A stretch of 64,000 nt of DNA from Dehalococcoidia bacterium (GTDB taxonomy: Bacteria; Chloroflexota; Dehalococcoidia; Tepidiformales; Tepidiformaceae): NCBI GenBank assembly GCA_050185215.1, contig JBFWZP010000012.1, positions 11,439 to 75,438 of the forward strand, given 5' to 3'. Every line of letters starts with the position of its first letter. Positions within the stretch are counted from its first letter, which is position 1. The translations under genes and the position numbers were made by a program. The notes below the pieces were generated by a model. That model was not told the origin of the DNA. It did no database searches and saw only the letters and a program-made list of their open reading frames with translations. This document shows, piece by piece, positions 57,094 to 64,000 of this stretch.

Positions 57094-58341
57094 TTGCCCA
57101 CTGGAGGCTACTTGGAACAGCTACGAGTTGAGACCGCGGCCGGTCTGATTCAAGGAACGTTCGACTCCCGGTTCGCCGAGGTCGCCCGGCAGTTCGAAAA
57201 GAACTTCCACGAACGTGACGAACGCGGCGCATCCGTGTGCGTCACGCTTGACGGCCAAACGGTGGTGGACCTCTGGGGCGGGAAGCAGACGGCGGACAAG
57301 GAGTGGGCCAGGGACACCGTGTGCACCGTGTTCTCGTGCACCAAGGGCGCGGTAGCGATCGCTGCCCACCTGCTCGCGAGCCGAGGCCAACTCGATGTCG
57401 ATGCTCCGGTGGCGAAGTACTGGCCAGAATTCGCGAGGAACGGCAAGGAGCAGGCCACTGTCCGCATGATGTTGGACCACTCCGTTGGCCTGCCAGCGAT
57501 CCGCGAACCGTTGAAAGAGCGAGCCTGCTGCGACTGGGACTACATGGTCCAGCGGCTCGCGGAGGAAGAACCCTTCTGGAAGCCAGGCGTCCGCAACGGC
57601 TACCACATGATCAACTTCGGCTGGACCGTAGGCGAACTCGTCCGGCGCGTCTCCGGCAAATCCCTCGGCACGTTCTTCCACGAAGAGGTTGCCGTGCCCA
57701 CGGGGGCCGAATTCTGGATTGGCGCGCCAGAGGAGGTCGAGGAGCGAATCGCACCGGTCATCCCCTACGCGCCGCAGCCGGGTGACGTGCCCGGCGACTT
57801 CACTCTCGCGCTGCTTTCAGATCCCAAGTCGATCTCAGCGCTCTCGCTCCTGAACGGCGGTGGCTTCGATCCCAATGCGCGCGAATGCCACGCGGCGGAG
57901 ATTGGCGGCGCCGGAGGCATTTCAAATGGACGAGGACTGGCGCGCATCTACGCGCCGCTGGCCTGTGGCGGGTCGTTGAATGGCGTCACGCTCGCCGATC
58001 CCGTGACGTTGGGGCGAATGGGCGAAGTGTCGTCAGCGACAAAGGAAGACGCGACGCTTCTCATCCCCACGCGATTCGCCCTCGGATTCATGAAGTCGAT
58101 GGACAACCGCAACTGGAAGCCAGGGAACACCGACAGTGCCATCCTCTCTTCGGCCGCGTTCGGACATGTCGGTGCGGGCGGAAGCATCGGTTTCGCCGAC
58201 CCGGCGGAGGGCATGAGCTTCGGCTACGCCATGTCCCGCATGGGCAAGGGGATCTTGCTCAACGACCGCGGCCAGTCGCTCGTCGACGCGGCCTATCGGT
58301 CGCGGGGGAAGACGACAAACGCGGGTGGGGTGTGGATATAG
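57094..58341 (+). CDS. serine hydrolase of the beta-lactamase/esterase (class C / EstB-like) family
   Basis: The S-x-x-K motif is in VFSCTKG. The surrounding pattern is GASVCVTLDGQTVVDLWGG...W..DT. The start is TTG at 57094 or TTG at 57112. Confidence 0.8.
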   Translation: MPTGGYLEQLRVETAAGLIQGTFDSRFAEVARQFEKNFHERDERGASVCVTLDGQTVVDLWGGKQTADKEWARDTVCTVFSCTKGAVAIAAHLLASRGQLDVDAPVAKYWPEFARNGKEQATVRMMLDHSVGLPAIREPLKERACCDWDYMVQRLAEEEPFWKPGVRNGYHMINFGWTVGELVRRVSGKSLGTFFHEEVAVPTGAEFWIGAPEEVEERIAPVIPYAPQPGDVPGDFTLALLSDPKSISALSLLNGGGFDPNARECHAAEIGGAGGISNGRGLARIYAPLACGGSLNGVTLADPVTLGRMGEVSSATKEDATLLIPTRFALGFMKSMDNRNWKPGNTDSAILSSAAFGHVGAGGSIGFADPAEGMSFGYAMSRMGKGILLNDRGQSLVDAAYRSRGKTTNAGGVWI

Positions 58342-58344
58342 TCG

Positions 58345-59325
58345 TTAGGCCGAACGGGTCCGCTTTCGCCTCGGACCTTCGAGCGCCTGTTCGGCGAGCT
58401 TCTCCCACGCGTCGTTGCTGACCTTCGCCTGCCGCGCCTGCGAAACGTGGGTGTAGATCTGCGTCGTGTTCGCCGAGCTGTGACCTAACAGGTCCTGGAC
58501 GATTCGAAGGTCGGCGCCGCCGTCCAACAGGTGCGTCGCAAACGAATGCCGCAGCAGGTGGGGATGAACGTCCCCGGCGATTCCCGCGGCCATGGCGTGT
58601 CGCTTAATGAGTGACTGCACAGAGCGCGCCGTAAGGCGGCCACCGAACCGGTTGAGGAATAGCGGGCTGCCATCAGAGGCGCGAGTTGGCTGTCGCCTCT
58701 TTCCGGCAAGCTCGGCCCTCCCGAACTCGAGATACCGTTCGAGCGCCTGCATCGCGGGTTCTCCGAACAGCACCAGGCGTTCCTTCGCGCCTTTCCCATG
58801 GATGATCGCCGCACCTTCGCCCAGGTCTACCTGGTGGACTTCGAGCGAGACCAGTTCCGAGATTCGCAAACCGCCGGCATAGAGAAGTTCAAACATCGCC
58901 CGATCGCGAAGCCCTGCCGCGGTTTCGGGGTCCGGCGCTCTCAGCAACGCATCGAGGACCGCGGGGTCCAGCACCTTCGGAAGCCGCTTGGGCCGTTTCG
59001 GCAGGGCGACCCCGTACAGCAGGTCGCGTTCAGTCGCGCCCTCCTGGAACAGGTACTTGTAGAAGCCATGGACGGTGCTCGTGCGCCGGGTGATAGAAGC
59101 CGCGACCATCCCGCCGTCCTTCAGCTCAGTGAGGTACTCCCGGAACGTCGCTCGGCTGGTGCGCAGCGGTTCAAGCTTTCGTGTTTCGCACCAGGCGAGG
59201 AAGTTTCCGATGTCGTTGCGGTAGTTGCGCAGCGTGTATCCCGAACGGTTTCCGGCCGAAAGTTCCCGCAGATATGAATCGAGATACGCTTCCGCAGTCT
59301 TGTGTGCAGCAACGTCGCTTGGCAT
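58345..59325 (-). CDS. tyrosine site-specific recombinase, XerC/XerD family
   Basis: The N-terminal SAM-like domain is followed by a catalytic region with ...GLRISEL...HGKG.KER..., HLLRHSFATHLL and LLGHSS..TTQIYTHV. Confidence 0.88.
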   Translation of the reverse strand: MPSDVAAHKTAEAYLDSYLRELSAGNRSGYTLRNYRNDIGNFLAWCETRKLEPLRTSRATFREYLTELKDGGMVAASITRRTSTVHGFYKYLFQEGATERDLLYGVALPKRPKRLPKVLDPAVLDALLRAPDPETAAGLRDRAMFELLYAGGLRISELVSLEVHQVDLGEGAAIIHGKGAKERLVLFGEPAMQALERYLEFGRAELAGKRRQPTRASDGSPLFLNRFGGRLTARSVQSLIKRHAMAAGIAGDVHPHLLRHSFATHLLDGGADLRIVQDLLGHSSANTTQIYTHVSQARQAKVSNDAWEKLAEQALEGPRRKRTRSA

Positions 59326-59398
59326 AACGCGATTCTGAAGTGTTAAGCCGATAGGGAGAAGCCGCCCGTGGATCGCGTCGACGGTTTACGATTCCGCC

Positions 59399-60181
59399 AT
59401 GTCTCACGATGACGTGGTCGCCCACAATCGCACCGCCTGGGATCGGCAGGTCGCCGCCGGAGACGAATGGACCGTCGGCGCCTCGCCCGAAACCATCGCC
59501 GCCGTTCGCGCGGGCGACTTCTCGGGAGTCGTCCTGATTGGCCACAAGCCCGTGCCGCGCGACTGGCTGCCGGCGAACCTGCACGGTGTTGATGCCCTCT
59601 GTCTGGCCTCCGGTGGTGGTCAGCAGGGACCGCAACTCGCTGCCGCCGGCGCGAACGTCACCGTCTTCGACAACTCGCCCGGCCAGCTCGAACGCGACCG
59701 TCAGGTCGCCGCCCGCGAGGGCCTTACCACTCGCACCGTTCTCGGCGACATGCGGGACCTCAGCGATTTCGCCGATGCCTCGTTTGACCTGATCCTGAAC
59801 CCCGTCTCCAACGTCTACTGCCCCGAACTTGAGCCCGTTTGGCGCGAATGCTTCCGTGTCCTTCGGCCCGGTGGAACGCTTCTCGCCGGCTTCATGAACC
59901 CCGACATCTACATTTTCGATAGCGACGCCCTCGACGACCGGGACGAGTTAATCGTCCGGCACTCACTCCCCTATTCGGACACTGAGAGCCTGACTCCCGA
60001 GGAACTCGAACAACGATCCGAATGGCCACTGGAGTTCAGCCACACTATGACCGAACAGATCGCTGGTCAGCTCTCCGTGGGCTTCATCATCACCGGGTTC
60101 GATGAGGCGCCGCACCACAGCAACGCCACCGCGAAGTTCATGCCGGGATACTTCGCCACAAGAGCGGTCAAACCCGGTTAG
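59399..60181 (+). CDS. class I SAM-dependent methyltransferase
   Basis: Motif I is ALCLASGGGQQGPQLAAAGANVTVFDNS. The later pattern is LRPGGTLLAGF. Confidence 0.75.
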   Translation: MSHDDVVAHNRTAWDRQVAAGDEWTVGASPETIAAVRAGDFSGVVLIGHKPVPRDWLPANLHGVDALCLASGGGQQGPQLAAAGANVTVFDNSPGQLERDRQVAAREGLTTRTVLGDMRDLSDFADASFDLILNPVSNVYCPELEPVWRECFRVLRPGGTLLAGFMNPDIYIFDSDALDDRDELIVRHSLPYSDTESLTPEELEQRSEWPLEFSHTMTEQIAGQLSVGFIITGFDEAPHHSNATAKFMPGYFATRAVKPG

Positions 60182-62694
60182 CTGGCCTTCCGCGCCCTTG
60201 CTGCGCTTGCATTCGCCTTCCGTTTCGCGAACGCGGCTTTCCCTCGCGCGCTTCGTTCCAACAGCTTCCGGTTCGCTTCTTCGCGCTCCGCCTGTGGGCG
60301 TGCCGGCGCGAGCTTCTCGAGGCTGTTGGTCGTGTAGCTGCAATTCGGGTAGTTCCAGCAGCCCCAGAACTTACCCCGTTTCGTCTGCTTTTCCACGAGC
60401 TGGCCGGTCTCTGGCTCCTCGGGACAAGGTATCCCGACGGGCACTCCGCCCCGGAAGTCGCAAGTACCATTCTCCCGGTTCACGCAGTCCACGTACGCGC
60501 CGTACGGCCCGTTCTTCTGGATCAGCGCACCGCCGTCCTTCGGGCACTTGAAGGCTGTCTCCTTCGGCGCTGCCACGATGAGCGGCTTGCCGTCCTCGCC
60601 CATGGGTAGTGAATTCGTGCACTCCGGGTAGCGCGGGCATGCAAAGAACTTGCCGTTTCGGCCCCACTTAATGACCAGGTTCGCCTGGTTGCAGACGTTG
60701 CAGCGAACGTCCGTCTCTTCTTGCTGCTTGATAGCGCTGACTTCCGCTTCATCCAGCCGGCCCTTGAACGCTGGCCAGAATTCCTTGAGGACATCGTCGT
60801 ATTCGCGGTCGCCCGCAGCAACCTCGTCGAGCTCCTTCTCCATTTCGCCGGTAAAGGGCAGGTCGACGTACTGCTTCATGTGCTGCTCGAGCAGGTCATG
60901 CACGATGAAGCCCAGCTCCTGGGGTACGAGCTGGCGGCCCTGTTTCTCCACGTAGTCACGCTTCAGCACGGTCTGCACGATGCTCGCGTAGGTGCTTGGA
61001 CGTCCGATGCCTTCTTCCTCGAGCGCCCGCACCAGCGATGCCTCAGTGAACCGTGGCGGCGGATCCGTCTGGTGCCTGCGCGGGTCGATGGTGCGCTGAT
61101 TCAGGACATCGCCTTCCGCCAGGTCCGGCAGGGCTGTCACACTGGCCTCGTCGTCGTCGTCCGCCTGGGTGTCGTTCACGTCGGCGCCGTACGCCTTCAG
61201 GTGGCCTTCGAACACGAGCGTGCTCGAACTCGCCCGGAAAGTGCCGGTCACAGCGTTGTTTTCCCGAGCCTCGATTTCCACGGCAACTGTCGCGTACCGG
61301 GCGTCGGTCATCTGGCTGGCCACGAACCGCTGCCAGATCAGCTGGTACACCCGGAACTGGTCGGCGCTTAGCAGGCGCCGCATGCTCTCGGGAGTCGCCG
61401 CCGGATTGGTCGGCCGGATGGCTTCGTGCGCTTCTTGCGCGCCTTTGCTCCGCGTGGAGTACACGCGTTCCTTCTCAGGGATGAACTCACTGCCCCACGT
61501 ACTCGAAACCCAATTCCTCGCCTGGTTCCGAGCGATCGGCGAGATGTTCACCGAGTCTGTCCGCATGTAGGTGATCAGTCCGGCCTGCCCGCCGATGCCT
61601 TCGTAGAGCTCCTGGGCCGTGCCCATGGCTCGCGCCGCGCTCATCCCGAGTCGGTTCACGGCGGCCTGCTGAAACGTGCTCGTCGTGAATGGCGGGACGG
61701 GGCCCCGGCGCTTCTCGCCCTTGGTGACCGAAGCCACCCGGAACTGCGAGCGCTTGAACGTCGCCGTCAGCGAGTTCGCCATCTCTTCGTTCGGGATAGC
61801 TGGTCCGGCAGCGCGGAAGGGTGGCTTCATCGAAGCACCGCGTGTCATCGAGGGGAACGTCGCAAGGTCTGCCTCGAAACCGCGGCCGGCCTTTTCCAGT
61901 CCGGCGTGGATCGACCAGTACTCGGTCGGCACGAAGTTCCGAATCTGCTTCTCGCGGTTCACAATCAGCCCGAGCGCCACGCTCTGGACCCGCCCAGCGC
62001 TCGCGCCCCGGCTCACCTTCTTCTGGACAAACCAGGTCAACGGGAAGCCAATCAGCCGGTCGAGCACGCGGCGCGCCTGCTGCGCATCCACCAGGTCCAT
62101 ATCGATCCGGCCCGGCGCTTTTCGCCCGTGATCGGCGGCGCCATCCACCTGCTCGCCCGTGGCTTCCGCGAACGCTGCTTCGATCGCCGGCTTGGTGATT
62201 TCGTGGAAGACAACCCGAGTGACCTTGTCTTCCGGGATGCCCGCTGCTTCCTTGATGTGCCAGGCGATGGCTTCGCCTTCGCGGTCGGGGTCTGTCGAGA
62301 GGAACACGCGCGAGGCCTTCTTCGCGGCCTCCGCGATGTCTTTTACGACTTCGTTCTTATCCACCCCGCGGCGCTTGTCCTTCACCACGACGTACTTGGG
62401 AGTGAAGTCCAGCTTCTCGACGTTTTCGACGCCGTAGCCATAGGGCGGCAGGTCGCGGACATGGCCAACCGAAGCGATGACTTCGTAGTCGTCGCCAAGT
62501 ATGTTCTTCACGGTCCGGGCCTTGGTCGGGGACTCGACCACCACCAGGTTTCGAGCGCTGCCGCTGTGCCGGGGAGTCTCGGCTGCAGGCGCCGCAGGCG
62601 CTCGCCGCGCCCTCGAGGCGGACGCCGGCCGGCGTGTGGTCTTCGTTCCCGTGGTCCGGGAAGTACCCTTGCGGGTTGCTGTTTGAGTTGCCAA
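60178..62694 (-). CDS. topA: DNA topoisomerase I
   Basis: The Toprim start is LVVVESPTKARTVKNILG...ASVGHVRDLP. The active-site region is ITYMRTDS. C-terminal Cys4 zinc ribbons and a basic tail are present. The start is uncertain: TTG at 62694 gives a 50-aa basic N-extension, and GTG at 62544 is the alternative. The ORF-track start at 62961 overlaps dprA. Confidence 0.92.
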   Translation of the reverse strand: MATQTATRKGTSRTTGTKTTRRPASASRARRAPAAPAAETPRHSGSARNLVVVESPTKARTVKNILGDDYEVIASVGHVRDLPPYGYGVENVEKLDFTPKYVVVKDKRRGVDKNEVVKDIAEAAKKASRVFLSTDPDREGEAIAWHIKEAAGIPEDKVTRVVFHEITKPAIEAAFAEATGEQVDGAADHGRKAPGRIDMDLVDAQQARRVLDRLIGFPLTWFVQKKVSRGASAGRVQSVALGLIVNREKQIRNFVPTEYWSIHAGLEKAGRGFEADLATFPSMTRGASMKPPFRAAGPAIPNEEMANSLTATFKRSQFRVASVTKGEKRRGPVPPFTTSTFQQAAVNRLGMSAARAMGTAQELYEGIGGQAGLITYMRTDSVNISPIARNQARNWVSSTWGSEFIPEKERVYSTRSKGAQEAHEAIRPTNPAATPESMRRLLSADQFRVYQLIWQRFVASQMTDARYATVAVEIEARENNAVTGTFRASSSTLVFEGHLKAYGADVNDTQADDDDEASVTALPDLAEGDVLNQRTIDPRRHQTDPPPRFTEASLVRALEEEGIGRPSTYASIVQTVLKRDYVEKQGRQLVPQELGFIVHDLLEQHMKQYVDLPFTGEMEKELDEVAAGDREYDDVLKEFWPAFKGRLDEAEVSAIKQQEETDVRCNVCNQANLVIKWGRNGKFFACPRYPECTNSLPMGEDGKPLIVAAPKETAFKCPKDGGALIQKNGPYGAYVDCVNRENGTCDFRGGVPVGIPCPEEPETGQLVEKQTKRGKFWGCWNYPNCSYTTNSLEKLAPARPQAEREEANRKLLERSARGKAAFAKRKANASAARARKAS

Positions 62695-62816
62695 AGAAAT
62701 GCCTTTCGCCGGTGTAGTTCGACCGGCGCGTTTTTCGAGAGTAGAGAGCCTGTTCGTTTTCTGTCTAGTGGGTGGGCCCGAAGGGCCCCGCGCGCGATAC
62801 GCGCGGGCGACGCAAA

Positions 62817-63965
62817 TCAGGAAATCGCGTAGGTCATTGCCCCGGCCGACCGAACACGTCCTTCGAGTTCGAGTATCTGGAGCGAACCGCTCACCTGCGC
62901 GATTGGCAGCCCGGCGTTCCGGGCGATCTCGTCGATATGCAGCGGTCCGTCTACCAACCACTTTAACAGTGGGTGGTCATCCTGCTTTACCGGGGCCTTC
63001 TGCTGTTTCGGTGAAGGTGCGGGCCGTTTCTCGAACAGCGCCGGTTGCGATTCGGCCTGCAAGGCGATGGTCGCGGGCACGCCCGTCGCGATCAGGTTCA
63101 GCTCCTCGCACAGTTGTTCCGGCGTCGCTACGAGCTTGGCTGTGTTCTCGCGGATCAGTTGGTTTGTCCCATAGCTCTGGCGGGAGAAGATGCTTCCCGG
63201 GATCGCGAATACGTCACGGCCCTGCTCGAACGCCCAGTTCGCCGTGTGGAGCGCGCCGCTCCCTTCGCCAGCCTCCACCAGCAAAGCTGCTTTCGCCAGC
63301 CCTGAGAGGATGCGGTTCCTCCGGGGGAAATAGTCGCGCCGTGCCGGAATTCCAACCGGATACTCGCTCACGAGACACCCAACCTCTGTGATCCGTTCCG
63401 CCAGCCCGGCATTCTCTCGCGGATAGACCTGGTCGATGCCGCCTGCCAGCACCGCCACCGTCGGAGCGCCGTGCTCGATTGCCACACGATGCGCGATCGC
63501 ATCGACACCTCGTGCCAGCCCGCTGATGATCGCGACGCCTGCATCCGCAAGCACCGAGCAGAAGTGCTCCGCCGCCTGCCGTCCATACGGCGTGACGTGG
63601 CGCGTGCCAACAACCGCCACGGCCTGTTCGAACTGCGGGCCCTGTGCTCCCCGGATGAAGATGACCGGCGGGCTCTGCGGGATGTCACGCAGGCTCGTGG
63701 GGTAGCTCTCGTCCAGCCAGGTAAGCGCGTGTGCTCCGTGTTTCACCATCAGCGAAAGCTCGCGGTCCGCGTCGAAGGTCGATTTGGCTTTCGCCATTGC
63801 CCGCTGGTACTGCGGTTCAAGTCCGGCGCTCTGCACAAGCTCCGATGGCGCGTTCCACGCGGCCTCGATCGTCCCGAACCTCGCCAAAAGCAGCGCGAAA
63901 TTCGTGCTGCCGAGGCCCGCCCGCCTCAGCGCGAGCCAGTAGGGAAGTTCCGGGTGTTGCTCCAC
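62817..63965 (-). CDS. dprA: DNA-processing protein DprA (Smf)
   Basis: The product shows YWLAL....G.G...F..LL..F, the Rossmann-like core VAVVGTRHVTPYG...IISGLARGVDAIAHR, and a C-terminal winged-helix-like tail. It sits in the conserved dprA-topA arrangement. Confidence 0.9.
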   Translation of the reverse strand: MEQHPELPYWLALRRAGLGSTNFALLLARFGTIEAAWNAPSELVQSAGLEPQYQRAMAKAKSTFDADRELSLMVKHGAHALTWLDESYPTSLRDIPQSPPVIFIRGAQGPQFEQAVAVVGTRHVTPYGRQAAEHFCSVLADAGVAIISGLARGVDAIAHRVAIEHGAPTVAVLAGGIDQVYPRENAGLAERITEVGCLVSEYPVGIPARRDYFPRRNRILSGLAKAALLVEAGEGSGALHTANWAFEQGRDVFAIPGSIFSRQSYGTNQLIRENTAKLVATPEQLCEELNLIATGVPATIALQAESQPALFEKRPAPSPKQQKAPVKQDDHPLLKWLVDGPLHIDEIARNAGLPIAQVSGSLQILELEGRVRSAGAMTYAIS

Positions 63966-64000
63966 GCCTGAACTGTACAGGCTAGTGCGCGCCCGCGCCC

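Noticed and set aside
58345-59325. The tyrosine recombinase as an integrase marking a mobile element or prophage boundary.
   Set aside because: The sequence pattern fits chromosomal XerC/XerD. The flanking genes are ordinary core genes (a hydrolase, a methyltransferase, topA). I saw no tRNA, direct repeats, phage genes or transposase genes nearby.

Overview
This is a GC-rich bacterial chromosomal segment. Third-position GC bias is strong, so most real genes carry long antisense 'shadow' ORFs. The window is densely packed, mostly with housekeeping genes. In order:
- a 5'-truncated VIT1-family transporter and a stand-alone 5S rRNA unit
- rpsA, clpC, rpoB and rpoC
- an AbrB/RelE-type toxin-antitoxin pair and a B12-type radical SAM gene
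- ispD and ispF
- a seven-gene nucleotide-sugar operon (PglC-like transferase, PglF/WbpM-like dehydratase, WbpD/E/B/A-like enzymes)
- an orphan solute-binding protein
- a minus-strand run: giant GT39+DUF2298 'YYY' membrane protein, nitroreductase, Rdx/SelW-like protein, DUF402 protein, polyferredoxin
- a zinc-ribbon plus secreted-protein pair
- CoA-transferase, CDGSH protein, a CMD/AhpD-like gene interrupted by an in-frame TGA, and gap
- YihY, HAD, MobA-like, GNAT, amidohydrolase, TatD, LysR and two ferredoxins
- a CAP-domain secreted protein, xseAB, efp-pepP-aroQ, a Xer recombinase, and dprA-topA

The YYY domain, the unlinked 5S and the beta-prime insertion suggest a Chloroflexota-like lineage. 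That is inference only.

I found no defence island, CRISPR array, prophage or transposon. The observations most worth a second look are:
- a candidate CxxU selenoprotein with a hairpin placed like a bacterial SECIS
- a REP-like palindromic element in 3-4 intergenic copies
- the promoter-to-terminator orphan 5S unit
- a sugar operon with no glycosyltransferase or flippase, about 4 kb from a double GT-C membrane protein
- two uncharacterised translationally coupled modules

All family calls rest on motif recognition by eye. No searches were run.
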